NCBI GenBank assembly: GCA_002898395.1
Contig: BEHE01000005.1
Coordinates: forward strand, 1-64,000
From: Candidatus Calditenuaceae archaeon HR02
GTDB lineage: Archaea > Thermoproteota > Nitrososphaeria_A > Caldarchaeales > Calditenuaceae
DNA length: 64,000 nt
Direction: 5' to 3'
Under the pieces are notes generated by a model. That model was not told the DNA's origin. It searched no databases and saw nothing but the letters and a program-made list of their open reading frames with translations. Both the position numbers and the translations under genes were made by a program. Positions 10,193-20,176 of this stretch are shown here, in pieces; within the stretch, counting starts at the first letter, position 1; every line of letters begins with the position of its first letter.

Positions 10193-10612
10193 TCAAATTA
10201 CGCGAAGTAGCCCAAGCCTGTGAAGGGCGCCCTCCTTTCTGCCACAGCTAATGTAGACGAAGTGCGACCTACACCTACAATCAGACGACCCGAAGCGTGG
10301 TACAAACCCGTCAGCCTGTCTAATGAGCTCTGTAGCCAGCTTGCACTCAATGCCTAAGGTTTCTGAGACCCAGACCTCACACACCTCAAAGGCGCGGCAG
10401 GATGTAACCCAGTCAATATGCCAGTGAAGCCTTTTCCTCTTAGCGAGGTGACGACGGATCCGCGGCCCCAGCCCCCTCCTCGCGGTGCCAACATATACGT
10501 AGACACCTCTTTTGAAGGATAGTCTCCCCAACCGTCCAACGCGAACTATAATGGGCCTCCTCAGCACAATGACTAGAACGTATGTCCCTCGGCTAGGAAG
10601 ATTAAGAGACAT
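10193..10612 (-). CDS. GIY-YIG nuclease (DUF123 family)
   Basis: GTYVL..GVYVYVGTA..RIRRH..HWHID..FGSSDCRCRSH. Confidence 0.88.
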   Translation of the reverse strand: MSLNLPSRGTYVLVIVLRRPIIVRVGRLGRLSFKRGVYVYVGTARRGLGPRIRRHLAKRKRLHWHIDWVTSCRAFEVCEVWVSETLGIECKLATELIRQADGFVPRFGSSDCRCRSHFVYISCGRKEGALHRLGLLRVI

Positions 10613-11362
10613 GCCCTCTATGTAGCGCCACTCTGATAAGAAGCGATGCAATGACGTATGCAAGCGTTGGGGGCGGAGCCAGCTTAATAAATTCCCTCTG
10701 GGAGATGCTCATGTCTACGTGATAAATTGGCCCTCAAGAAGGTCATATAAAGATTGTGTGAGCCTCTTCTTTCGATAGAAAAGGCTGGCCAACAGTTCCG
10801 TCACAGCCGGTCACAATGCAGAATACGCCTTTTAGAGCCTGCGTCTTGCTAAGTTTTTGGCGAGCCCGAAGCTGTGGTTGGTGAAGGGGACGCGGCTTTC
10901 GCCAGAGTATGCAGCCAGCAGCAAGGGCGGGTTTAACCTGCCTTCACAACATCACTAAGGGAAATTCGGAAGGTTATCGCCGCGACCACTCCAGCAGGCT
11001 ACTTCACAATAGCCACAAGATCGCCTACCCTCAATACTTGACTCATTCCCATGATTTTTATCATTTGCCCCCGAATAGAACTCAAAACTCAGAAGCTCTA
11101 GGAACATCTTCAAGCTAACTGATCCTAATCATCTTTGCCAAAAGGGGGCCTCTCCAGGATCTCCAACCTCTCAGCATTTCCGCGGACTACCTAGGTACCT
11201 TTGAGTAGGATGGCGCTCTGAGACTTTAGTCAGTAACCCATCCACCCGCACTATGATCAAAAGCCCCTCCAGCATCGACAACCCGCCCTTTAGACGCATG
11301 AACGGCGGCGTCATCTTCTCCCCGCCGTGAGGAAACTGCCGCCGCTTTGTCAAGCGAAGTAG

Positions 11363-11719
11363 TCAGTGTGTTAGGAGGCTCACTGTCAACACTAATAGGA
11401 CGAAGGCCGTTATCAAGGAATATTTCACGTCGCGTCTTGCAGCGAAGTATGTGAATGACGCGATGACTCGCGCGTAGGGGGTGAGCATCAGTAAAATTAG
11501 GCCTATTGCCATTAAGCCACTGGCTCCAAAATCTATTTTGGCTATGTTTCTCATATACTCGAAGAAGTTTGGCGAGATTACGCGGTACTTATCGCTCAAA
11601 ACTATTTCAGGACCCGTATTAGAAAGATAGAATGCTAAGGCGATGGCCAAGATGGCTAAACTCAGAACTACACCAGTTGCAAGCACTAAGCTTATCAGGG
11701 ATTCCAGCCTTTGACTCAA
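11363..11719 (-). CDS. DUF1634-like membrane protein, TSUP partner
   Basis: Three TM segments, GL.LLMLTPYARV motif, overlaps the TauE stop. Confidence 0.8.
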   Translation of the reverse strand: MSQRLESLISLVLATGVVLSLAILAIALAFYLSNTGPEIVLSDKYRVISPNFFEYMRNIAKIDFGASGLMAIGLILLMLTPYARVIASFTYFAARRDVKYSLITAFVLLVLTVSLLTH

Positions 11720-12540
11720 CCCATCACACCCCTGACAACCATCTGAACCATGATGTAGAGGACCACGACCAGGAAGAGAATTCTTGTAGATCTGTTGCTG
11801 AGCCTTCTTAAGATCCTCGAGCCGGCTATGGCGCCTAACGTTGTTCCAACAGCCATCGGTGCGGCGAGGTCCAAGTAGAGAAGGCCCGAGTTAAAATACA
11901 CGCTTGCACCCGCTAAGGCGGTCATGCCAATTATGAAGTTGCTGGTCGCAGATGAGACTTTGGAAGGCATCTTGAGAACCAGCTCGTGGACCGCTACTTT
12001 AAAGGCGCCGGCTCCTATGCCCAGCATTCCAGCCGCCACGCCCGCTACAAACATGCCACCCCCACCCAGCAACGGATTTGTTAGATGGTACCTCACTTCC
12101 CTGCCAAGACGGTCATCATAGTATGAGCCTGACAAGTCGAGCCATTGGGCCAGCCTGTCTTGAGATACGTTGGTCGGCAGCTCTTCTTTGATAGTTCTTA
12201 AGCCTATGAAAGAGGTGAGCAGAAATCCTGCGAAAAAGAAATAGAGAAGCCGAGGCGGCACGTAGAGCGTTACGGTAGCTCCTGTTATCGCACCCAGAAT
12301 TGTGAACATCTCTAAGAACATGGCGGCCTTGATGTCAGACAATCCGCGCCGTACATAACCTGAAGCCGAACCGCTTGAAGTTGCTATAATTGAGACCATT
12401 CCCGCAGCTATTGCGTTTTTTATGGGGATTCCCAGAAGAGTAAGTAAAGGTGTTGTTATACTAGCCCCGCCAAGTCCTGTTATAGAGCCTATAAACCCGG
12501 CGAAAATAGATATGACCAATACCTCAATAACGCCGGCCAT
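11716..12540 (-). CDS. TauE/SafE-family sulfite exporter
   Basis: GSITGLGGA, AGMLGIGAGAFKV, KVSSATSNFIIG. Confidence 0.9.
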   Translation of the reverse strand: MAGVIEVLVISIFAGFIGSITGLGGASITTPLLTLLGIPIKNAIAAGMVSIIATSSGSASGYVRRGLSDIKAAMFLEMFTILGAITGATVTLYVPPRLLYFFFAGFLLTSFIGLRTIKEELPTNVSQDRLAQWLDLSGSYYDDRLGREVRYHLTNPLLGGGGMFVAGVAAGMLGIGAGAFKVAVHELVLKMPSKVSSATSNFIIGMTALAGASVYFNSGLLYLDLAAPMAVGTTLGAIAGSRILRRLSNRSTRILFLVVVLYIMVQMVVRGVMG

Positions 12541-12825
12541 AAATCGTGATGTTCATCGCCGAATTTAACCATTAGAAAATAAAGAAGTGTTGTGGGTGAG
12601 AGTCTAAATCCTGCCCTCTAATTTGATAGGCATATCATTAATGATACCCATCCACCCACCCGTACGAGATGCAGTCGTCACGGTGTGGATATTGTGCTGC
12701 GACCCCCTCAGTGTTAGGCGATACCATGAAGTTGTCCCACTTGATTAGTCGTAAACCTATTTATTCTGGGGCTTTTATGGGGGGCGGGAGAGTTTAATAC
12801 GTGCACACACTTGGATTAAGCTGGT

Positions 12826-13482
12826 GTGCACTACCAGGTTAGAATTGCCGGGGAGGGAGAAAACTGGCTCAGGTTGGAGCTTGTAAGCGTGCCTCTCAGC
12901 ATGGGTAACGCTATCAGGAGGCTTATCATAAACGAGGTGCCCACCATGGCTGTTGAGGAGGCCTTGGTCATAGAGAATACCTCCATCCTAACCAATGAGG
13001 TTCTGACACATCGTATCTCGCTCATCCCATTTGTGACGGACCTTGACAATTATGTTCTCCCTGAAGAGTGTGACTGCGGTAGCAACCTCGGCTGCGACAG
13101 GTGTAGCGTCAGGTTCTCACTGAGGTGCGCGGCCACTAATGAGGTATTGACGGTATATTCTTCCGACCTAGTCCGTGAAAGCGGCTCGGAAGTCGTTAGG
13201 CCCACAAGCGGCGAGTTCCAGATCGTTAAACTAGCGCCCGGCCAGAACGTTGAGCTAGAGCTTTATGTACGGCTCGGTAAAGGCAAAAAGCATGCCAAAT
13301 GGCAGCCCGGAATAGCAACCCTCTACGAGGAGGATGGCCGAAGGGTCCTGTATGTAGAGTCGTTTGGCCAGCTCCCCCCTAGGAGGATACTCTTAGAGGC
13401 AGTGAAGATATTTGAGGAGAATGTTACAGAGCTTGAGAATAGTCTGGAAAAGGTGATAGGGAGCGGTGGGGGAGAGGGATAA
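12826..13482 (+). CDS. rpoD: DNA-directed RNA polymerase subunit D (Rpo3)
   Basis: NAIRR..EVPTMA, ENTS..NEVLTHRISLIP, GKKHAKW. Confidence 0.95.
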   Translation: MHYQVRIAGEGENWLRLELVSVPLSMGNAIRRLIINEVPTMAVEEALVIENTSILTNEVLTHRISLIPFVTDLDNYVLPEECDCGSNLGCDRCSVRFSLRCAATNEVLTVYSSDLVRESGSEVVRPTSGEFQIVKLAPGQNVELELYVRLGKGKKHAKWQPGIATLYEEDGRRVLYVESFGQLPPRRILLEAVKIFEENVTELENSLEKVIGSGGGEG

Positions 13483-13804
13483 ACTCCTTAGGGCGAAGGT
13501 GAGGCGTCTGGCGAGGAAGAGCAGGTTCTGGGCGGCCGTCTTAAGGCACCTCGAGTCCTCCGCAAGGAGGAGACGCGCCATCAACATATATCATCTAAAT
13601 AAAGTCGCGCCTGAAGGTAGTGGAGTGCTAGTTGTCGGTAAGCTATTGGGCGTAGGTATCTTAAAGAAGCCACTAAAAGTAGTCGCATTCGACTATTCCG
13701 ACACAGCTTATCGGAAGGTATTGAACGCTGGAGGCGAGGCATACTACCTAGAGGAGTATATAGAGAGAGGTGGTGATGGAAAAGGGTTGATAATTGTGGG
13801 GTGA
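13466..13804 (+). CDS. rpl18e: 50S ribosomal protein L18e
   Basis: W..V...L..S.RRR, VVGKLLGVG; position after rpoD. Confidence 0.92.
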   Translation: MGERDKLLRAKVRRLARKSRFWAAVLRHLESSARRRRAINIYHLNKVAPEGSGVLVVGKLLGVGILKKPLKVVAFDYSDTAYRKVLNAGGEAYYLEEYIERGGDGKGLIIVG

Positions 13805-13815
13805 GGTGGGAGAAT

Positions 13816-14292
13816 ATGGCTCACTTAATTGCTGAGGATGTTGTGGTGGTTGACGGGTCGGGTCACCGTCTCGGAAGGCTTGCGTCAAAGGTGGCCAAAA
13901 TGCTTCTTTCAGGTAGAAGGGTAGTGGTCGTCAATGCTGAGAGAGTTTTGGTGACGGGCACAAAGGAGGCCATTCTGGAGCGCTATCTCAAGCTTATTGG
14001 GCGGACATGGTACTCAAGCATCGAGGAGCCGCAGGTCTGGTATCCGCGAAGGCCTGAACGTATCCTTTGGTATACAATCGCTAGGATGCTGCCTAGAAAG
14101 AAGCAAAAAGGAAGGGAGGCTTTAAGTCGGCTTAGGGTCTACTCGGGTGTCCCCGAGGGGCTCGAGAAAACGTCCTTCACAAGGTTTGAGGACGCTCTCC
14201 ACAGATCGGGAATAAGCCGTTCGGGGAGAGTTGTTAGGACTTTGACCCTCGCTGAGCTCTCAGAGCTGTTAAAAGGTGGCGGGTTGCAGTAG
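13816..14292 (+). CDS. rpl13: 50S ribosomal protein L13
   Basis: LGRLASKVAK.LL.G, VVNAE, RMLP.K..KGREAL.RLRVY.GVP. Confidence 0.95.
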   Translation: MAHLIAEDVVVVDGSGHRLGRLASKVAKMLLSGRRVVVVNAERVLVTGTKEAILERYLKLIGRTWYSSIEEPQVWYPRRPERILWYTIARMLPRKKQKGREALSRLRVYSGVPEGLEKTSFTRFEDALHRSGISRSGRVVRTLTLAELSELLKGGGLQ

Positions 14293-14359
14293 TAGATTAG
14301 CCGACCGCGCTTGGAAACCTCTTTTATATAGGGGTGCACTTGGTTAGAGGCGCCGTAGC

Positions 14360-14764
14360 TTGAACCCCATCCTCAAACTTCTCTGTAAGAATCGACGTTA
14401 TCTTAGGGAGGATCATGTGGCCAAGATACTCGCCGCGATAAACGCGATCGGCGACTCCCCCTTCAAGCTCGGGGACCTCGACCCATACATACCAGTAGAG
14501 TTAAAGTCTAACAGCCGGGCTAGGAGAAGCATCTCTTCATTACTCGAAGAGTTGGCAAAGATCGGATATCTGGGTAAGCCAAGTGAGAGGAAGTATCAGA
14601 AGCGTTTCAGTTCTTTGAGCCACATGCTCTCCGGCAGCCTGTTTGAGCTTTCAGAGCTGGAGAGAAAGCCTCTCCCCCAATATAAGCCAGAAAAGATAAT
14701 ACGGCTTAACTCAAAAACACAGCGGCCTATAAGAACACTCTCTAGAGATGAGAAGAACTCTTAA
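14360..14764 (+). CDS. Hypothetical basic protein, possible winged helix
   Basis: 134-aa ORF after a TATA (ttttatata ~14321); ISSLLEELAKIGYL resembles a wHTH helix-wing. Confidence 0.6.
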   Translation: MNPILKLLCKNRRYLREDHVAKILAAINAIGDSPFKLGDLDPYIPVELKSNSRARRSISSLLEELAKIGYLGKPSERKYQKRFSSLSHMLSGSLFELSELERKPLPQYKPEKIIRLNSKTQRPIRTLSRDEKNS

Positions 14765-14797
14765 GCAGCCCCACTTCTAGAAGAGCCTAGCTGGGAG

Positions 14798-15265
14798 ATG
14801 AGGATAAGGCTAACACTAGGCTTGACTGACAGGCCGGGGGCCCTTCTCAAGGCCCTCGAAAAAATAGCGATGAATGGTGGGAACATCATCTCAATTATCC
14901 ACAATCGCGAGCAGCTGGCAGGCGGCTATGTCCCAGTGAGCCTCTCTGTTGAGTTTCCGTCGAGTGAACACTTTGAACGTGCCAAGGCAGGGATCGAGGA
15001 GTCTGGGATACCGGTTCTCGGCACCGAGTCGCTTGAGCGGAGGATCGAGACTGTCATCATTATAGGTAGCTTGAGTGTTGATATGCTAGAGAAGGTTTTC
15101 GAGGGAAGAGGTGAGATAATCAGTCTCGAGTTTGGTGGGGGTAGCAGGTCGCCTCACATTAGGGTTATGTTCAGTGTGAGCTCTGAGGATAGGCAGGCAG
15201 TCCTCGAAGCTCTCGAGGAGCTTGCTGAGAAGAATAATTGTGTCTTGGTGAGTGAGGAGGCTTGA
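14798..15265 (+). CDS. ACT-domain protein (homoserine dehydrogenase regulatory partner)
   Basis: DRPGALLKAL..I...GGNIISIIH; overlaps hom. Confidence 0.85.
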   Translation: MRIRLTLGLTDRPGALLKALEKIAMNGGNIISIIHNREQLAGGYVPVSLSVEFPSSEHFERAKAGIEESGIPVLGTESLERRIETVIIIGSLSVDMLEKVFEGRGEIISLEFGGGSRSPHIRVMFSVSSEDRQAVLEALEELAEKNNCVLVSEEA

Positions 15266-16248
15266 TACGCTGCGGGATAGTTGGGTATGGATTTCTTGGG
15301 AAGAGGCTTGCATCGTATCTGACCCGGTATAAGGCGCGCGGATTAGCGCTAACAATTCTCGCCAACTCGAAAGGCTACCTGTACTCTCCCACTGGATTTG
15401 ACAGTGACAGCCTGCCGGCGGATATAATAAGCCACTCTGGCTTTAGAGCATCAAACCCTGTAGAGGTTATTGGGCGTGGTTTAGTCGATTTACTTGTCGT
15501 CCTCACTCCCACAAATGTGTACAGTGGTGAGCCTGGGCTGACGTATGTTCGCGAGGCGCTCAAGAGTGGGGTGGATGTGGTGACGGCGGATAAGGGTCCT
15601 CTCGTGGTGGCATTCAAGGAGCTAACTTCTCTGGCTGGCTCGATGGGCGTCTCCCTCTGCTATGAGGCCACTGTGGGCGGCGGGATACCTATATTTTCCC
15701 TAGCCAGACACTCCTTGCGAGGGGACAGGATATTGTCGATTAAAGGGATACTGAATGGGACAACTAACTACATATTGTCCAGGATGCATTTCGAGGGGCT
15801 TCCACTAGACCTAGCCCTTCAGGAGGCGCAGATGATGGGGCTTGCAGAGAGGGATCCAAGTCTTGACCTCGAGGGGATAGACTCCGCTTGTAAAGTGGTT
15901 ATCCTAGCAAACGCCCTCCTTGACTTAAATAAGCGGCTGGAGGATGTGAAAGTAAAGGGGATAACACAGGTTACGTCAGATGCGATATTGGCAGCGAAAG
16001 AGTTGGGCATGACAATAAAACTTGTAGGAAGTATTGAGGGCGGAAAGCTGAGCGTCGCCCCACGGCTTGTGAGGCTTAACCACCCCCTCTGTGTCCACGG
16101 CTCCCTAAACGCTATCCAATTCAAGTTGGAGATACTTGGTGACCTTACCTTGATCGGTAGGGGTGCAGGAGAGTCCACACTCTCGGCCCTTCTCTCTGAT
16201 ATTGAGTGGATACTAGCTCAAAAGGAAGCGTCTAAGGGAGGCCGCTGA
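15262..16248 (+). CDS. hom: Homoserine dehydrogenase
   Basis: GYGFLG, VTADKG, YEATVGGGIP, GILNGTTNYIL, AERDPSLDLEG. Confidence 0.95.
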   Translation: MIRCGIVGYGFLGKRLASYLTRYKARGLALTILANSKGYLYSPTGFDSDSLPADIISHSGFRASNPVEVIGRGLVDLLVVLTPTNVYSGEPGLTYVREALKSGVDVVTADKGPLVVAFKELTSLAGSMGVSLCYEATVGGGIPIFSLARHSLRGDRILSIKGILNGTTNYILSRMHFEGLPLDLALQEAQMMGLAERDPSLDLEGIDSACKVVILANALLDLNKRLEDVKVKGITQVTSDAILAAKELGMTIKLVGSIEGGKLSVAPRLVRLNHPLCVHGSLNAIQFKLEILGDLTLIGRGAGESTLSALLSDIEWILAQKEASKGGR

Positions 16249-17020
16249 ACAACCTCAGGCTTCGAGCTGTCAAAACCAGTGTCAGGGCTGCAATCACCAT
16301 GACCGCAGACAGAATATCTCTTCCCGTGGCGCGCATCTCCCTGTAGGTCGTCCTCTTCTCAGAAGCGCCGAAACACTTGACCTCCAGCGCCTCGGCCATC
16401 TCGTATGCGCGGCGGAGCGAATTGATGAGTAGGGGTACAAATAATCCGACAAGCGCTCTCATCCTCCTAAAGGGGCTGCCCCTTTCGAACTCAACACCCC
16501 TCGACCGCTGAGCATCGATTATCTCCTGAGCCTCATCTGCTATTACAGGTGCTAACCTAACAGCCGCAACAAAGGTGAATGAATATACGTATGGTATCTT
16601 GAGCTTTAGTAAGAGTTGCCCAAACTCGTCGGGTGACGTTGTGAGGAAGAAGATGTTAAATGACGTTAAAAATGCTAGAAACCTGATAGACGATGCGAGA
16701 GCCTTGTAGATAAGCTCGCCAGATGACGCTGCAGACTCTAGCACACCGAGAAGGCTTAGAAGAAAAACTATCGCAACAAGCGGTATTGCGCCCCGCATGG
16801 TTGAGAGCATATATCTGGCGGACTTCGCCAGCTTCAGGAAAACTAGCTGGGTGAGGATTATTGCAGTTGAGACTGTGAGCATACCTCCCCAATATTCGCC
16901 AAATATTAGCGCCGTGACCAGAAAAGACACGGAGGTAAGCAGTTTGACTCGCGGATCAAGCCTGTGTATAGGCGTGTCCAGACTTCTGTACTTAAGTGCC
17001 TGTACTAGTGATAGACTCAG
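16232..17020 (-). CDS. ecfT: ECF transporter transmembrane component T (probable CTG start)
   Basis: AQRSRG and EALEVKCF motifs; the frame extends upstream through the conserved IHRLDPRVK to a CTG at 17020 overlapping the ecfA stop. Confidence 0.9.
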   Translation of the reverse strand: MSLSLVQALKYRSLDTPIHRLDPRVKLLTSVSFLVTALIFGEYWGGMLTVSTAIILTQLVFLKLAKSARYMLSTMRGAIPLVAIVFLLSLLGVLESAASSGELIYKALASSIRFLAFLTSFNIFFLTTSPDEFGQLLLKLKIPYVYSFTFVAAVRLAPVIADEAQEIIDAQRSRGVEFERGSPFRRMRALVGLFVPLLINSLRRAYEMAEALEVKCFGASEKRTTYREMRATGRDILSAVMVIAALTLVLTARSLRLFSGLP

Positions 17021-17871
17021 ACCCCATCACACCTCCAGTTAGAACCATCCCGTCCAAGGATTGCTGAGAGACATCTGACTGCCTCATCAAGCCTGAGACA
17101 CTTGTGGTTAAGATCCCTGAGTCCCCGCCTCTTAAGCTCATATAACAGGGATGGGATCTGGGGAGTGAGGAGCGAAGCCTCCTCCAGGAGTGCCGGATCC
17201 GTTAAAATGTCTTCCGCAGCCCCGTCCGCAATAATCTCCCCCCTCCTAAGTAGTACCACTCTCTCTGCTATATCGGAGATAAACTCCACGTCATGGCTTG
17301 AGAGGATTATGCCTCTTCCGCTATCCTTGAGGTTGAGGAGGAGGTCTATGAGAATCCGCTTCCCCCACCCGTCGAGACCCGTGGTTGGCTCGTCTATGAC
17401 TATGTAGCTAGGCATCCATGCCAAGACTATCGAGATTGCAAGCCGCTTCTTTTCTCCGCCACTGAGAGTGAAAGGCGACGAATTTCTATAATGCCATAGA
17501 TTAAAGGCCTTCAATACCTCCTCAGTACGTCTCCTCACCTCCTCTCCAGTGTAACCGAACCTTGTCAGGGCGTAGCTGACCTCCTCGAAAACCGATGTAC
17601 AAAAGAACATGTTGTCAGGATTTTGGAAGACAAGGCCGACATGTCTAGATAGTGAAGCCACCGTTGTTGTCCTAGTGTCTACCCCGTCCACCTCGACCCT
17701 CCCAGAGGTTGGCTTGAGTAGGCCGTTGAGGTGTTTGAGTAGAGTTGTCTTCCCCGCGCCATTCTCACCCATTAGCGCGACAATCTCGCCGCGATTGATG
17801 ATGAGATTGACGTTGCGCAGGGCTACCGTGCCGGATGGATACTCGTACCAGACCGAGTCGACTTTAATCAC
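17017..17871 (-). CDS. ecfA2: ECF transporter ATPase
   Basis: GENGAGKTT, VFQNPD, LSGGEKKR, DEPT. Confidence 0.93.
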   Translation of the reverse strand: MIKVDSVWYEYPSGTVALRNVNLIINRGEIVALMGENGAGKTTLLKHLNGLLKPTSGRVEVDGVDTRTTTVASLSRHVGLVFQNPDNMFFCTSVFEEVSYALTRFGYTGEEVRRRTEEVLKAFNLWHYRNSSPFTLSGGEKKRLAISIVLAWMPSYIVIDEPTTGLDGWGKRILIDLLLNLKDSGRGIILSSHDVEFISDIAERVVLLRRGEIIADGAAEDILTDPALLEEASLLTPQIPSLLYELKRRGLRDLNHKCLRLDEAVRCLSAILGRDGSNWRCDGV

Positions 17872-18710
17872 TTTCCCACCTCCAGCAGAGTCTCAACGAA
17901 CTCCTCCTTAGTCAGGGGGATTTTGTCCGCTCGACGGAGACCCATCATCCAAGCAAGCCGTGGGAGTTTTGGGAGCTCGACCTTCTCGTAATCATCCTCT
18001 AAGAGGTGGTGCACGACCTCTCTGGGATCGCCGTCCGACAATATCTTGCCTTCCTCAATGACTATTAGACGCGTCGCCTCCCGGACAACAAGGTCGAGTC
18101 GATGCTCTGAGAGCAGGACGGTTATCTCCTCCCTCTTGCTTATCTCTCCGAGCTCTTCTAGCAGCTTCTTTGCCGTTGCGCCGTCTAGAGATGATGTGGG
18201 CTCGTCTAGGATTAGTATCTCTGGCTCCAGGGCGAGTATGGAGGCGATTGCCACCCTCTGCTTCTGGCCGCCTGAAAGCTCGAATGGCGAGCGTTTTCTC
18301 AGGTCCTCTATACCCATCATCCTGAAGGCTTTGGTGATTCTCCTTTCAATCTCTGCCCTTTCGAGACCTAGGTTCTCGAGGGCGAATGCGACATCATTCT
18401 CCACGGTCAGGGCGAAGAGCTGGTTATCCGGGTTCTGGAAAACCATGCCTACCCTCTGTGCCATCCTACTTACAGGCGTCTGGGCGGGGTCAAGTCCCTT
18501 AACCACTACGCGCCCCAAATACTCGCCTGGATACATCTGCGGGATGAGCCCGATGAGGCATTTGAATAGAGTAGACTTCCCACACCCTGTCGCACCTGTG
18601 AACACCGCGAACTCACCCTCTTCTATTGAGAGGGTGACGTTCCGGAGGGCCCACTGCGTGGCTCCTGCATACCTGAACGAGAGGTTTGAGACCTCTATTG
18701 CCGTACTCAA
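17868..18710 (-). CDS. ecfA1: ECF transporter ATPase
   Basis: GATGCGKST, VFQNPDNQ, LSGGQKQR, LDEPTS. Confidence 0.93.
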   Translation of the reverse strand: MSTAIEVSNLSFRYAGATQWALRNVTLSIEEGEFAVFTGATGCGKSTLFKCLIGLIPQMYPGEYLGRVVVKGLDPAQTPVSRMAQRVGMVFQNPDNQLFALTVENDVAFALENLGLERAEIERRITKAFRMMGIEDLRKRSPFELSGGQKQRVAIASILALEPEILILDEPTSSLDGATAKKLLEELGEISKREEITVLLSEHRLDLVVREATRLIVIEEGKILSDGDPREVVHHLLEDDYEKVELPKLPRLAWMMGLRRADKIPLTKEEFVETLLEVGK

Positions 18711-19705
18711 TCGGCGACCCTCGTGGGCGAAGCTCCGAGGAGATAGGATATGTGGTTCACACAGATCTCCAGTACACGGTCTAGGCTACCCTTTACGCGC
18801 AACTTGGCTGCGGCCGCATGTCCACCCCCGCTGCCTGAGAGAGATTTAGCGATTGGCTCCGCAACATCTTTCGCCAAGTTTAGATTCAGCTGGTCGAAAA
18901 TCTCTGGTACCTGCCGCATGGTCACCTCAACCTCTCCACCCTCCTCCTCTCCAACCAGAGCTATGTGCGATCCAACGGCTAGGAGAGAGCGTGCAGCAGA
19001 AGGCTTAAAAGCGCTCACACGAGTCACACCGACCACCACGTCTCCACACCTATAGAACTCCGCTCTCTTGACGGCCTTAATTCTCGCCACCCTTTCAGAG
19101 TAGTCGGTGGGAGCCTCGATCCTCTGTATGAATGCCCTCGGGTTTGCTCCCAGTTCTCCGAGCTGCCCTATCTTTCTGAGCGTTTCAGGGTCTGCTACTG
19201 TGAGCCTGACGGTGTCGAAGTATATGCCGGCGAAAAGAGCCGAGGCCTCGAGGCTGTTCAACCTATAACCAGCCATCTCGGCAAGTTCGATAACTATCTC
19301 GCTAGTAGACTGATATTTAGTGGAGCAGTAAATGCTCCCCCTAAATTGCTCACCCCCCTTCTCATGGTGGTCTATCACAATAAGCGCCTCGCCGACCTTC
19401 TCGTAAAATTCGGCGAGCTGGGAGGGTGAGCCAACATCTACGGCGATATAGGCCTCAGCCTCGGGCAGGTCGCTCCTCAAATTAACGCCAACGATGTCAG
19501 CCATCCTCTCGGTATAATCGCTTATGTGGTTTGGTACTGCCACGCCCCTCGGGCTGATAGACAAGGCCGGGAGCATGCCTGACAAGACATAGGCGCTTGC
19601 CAGTGAGTCTGGGTCCCCACCTAGGTGGAGCAATATGGATACAGTCTTGCCTCTAAGGCCTTTAAGAGCCTCCAGTATCTGGGCTATAAGCGCCGGGTCC
19701 CTCAT
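18707..19705 (-). CDS. DHH-family phosphoesterase
   Basis: H..GDPDS, IDHH, GIYFDT, GGGHAAAA. Confidence 0.9.
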   Translation of the reverse strand: MRDPALIAQILEALKGLRGKTVSILLHLGGDPDSLASAYVLSGMLPALSISPRGVAVPNHISDYTERMADIVGVNLRSDLPEAEAYIAVDVGSPSQLAEFYEKVGEALIVIDHHEKGGEQFRGSIYCSTKYQSTSEIVIELAEMAGYRLNSLEASALFAGIYFDTVRLTVADPETLRKIGQLGELGANPRAFIQRIEAPTDYSERVARIKAVKRAEFYRCGDVVVGVTRVSAFKPSAARSLLAVGSHIALVGEEEGGEVEVTMRQVPEIFDQLNLNLAKDVAEPIAKSLSGSGGGHAAAAKLRVKGSLDRVLEICVNHISYLLGASPTRVAD

Positions 19706-19776
19706 AGTCTAAACAACTACGGCCTCGACGACCTGATAACTTTACCACACCGGCTTAGGTCGTTGTTGAAAATCTC

Positions 19777-20142
19777 CTACTCCTGTCTCTGACCGAGCAT
19801 GGACTGTAACTCCTTCTGGAGTGCCTCAAGCTGGGACCTCGTCCTAGCCTCCTGCTTCTCTATCACTTTCAGCCTGGTGTCGTTTAGGTCCCTCTTCTCG
19901 GAGAGCTCGCTCAAAATCTTCTCCTTTGTAGTCTGGACAAGTATGGGGCCTACAGCCTTGTACACCGCCACGTTGTCGGCGCTCTTACCCAGCTCCTCCA
20001 GAGCTTGGTTAATCTCCTCCAGCTCAGACTGTAGTCTCTGTTTCTCTGCAAGTATTACGCTAAGTGTCTGCTGGAGCTGCTGCAGCCTAGCGATCTGTTG
20101 TTGAATGCTAGGTGGGATCTGACCGCTCGACAAGCTCATCAC
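19777..20142 (-). CDS. pfdB: Prefoldin beta subunit
   Basis: Coiled coils flanking VYKAVGPILV. Confidence 0.93.
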   Translation of the reverse strand: MMSLSSGQIPPSIQQQIARLQQLQQTLSVILAEKQRLQSELEEINQALEELGKSADNVAVYKAVGPILVQTTKEKILSELSEKRDLNDTRLKVIEKQEARTRSQLEALQKELQSMLGQRQE

Positions 20143-20176
20143 ACCATGTGAGAGAAGCTTCAGATGGATTAAAACG

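Noticed and set aside
11325-11345. GAGGAAACT, resembling the RNase P RNA P4 motif
   Set aside because: The context is wrong, no 3' partner motif was found, and it runs straight into a CDS
12541-12570. GGCGATGAAC on the minus strand, resembling a fluoride riboswitch start
   Set aside because: It sits between the TATA box and the ATG of a probably leaderless gene, leaving no room for the aptamer or its 3' motif
18046-18849. Long antisense ORFs (also 60457-61128, 50917-51477 and others)
   Set aside because: Shadow frames of well-supported genes on the opposite strand
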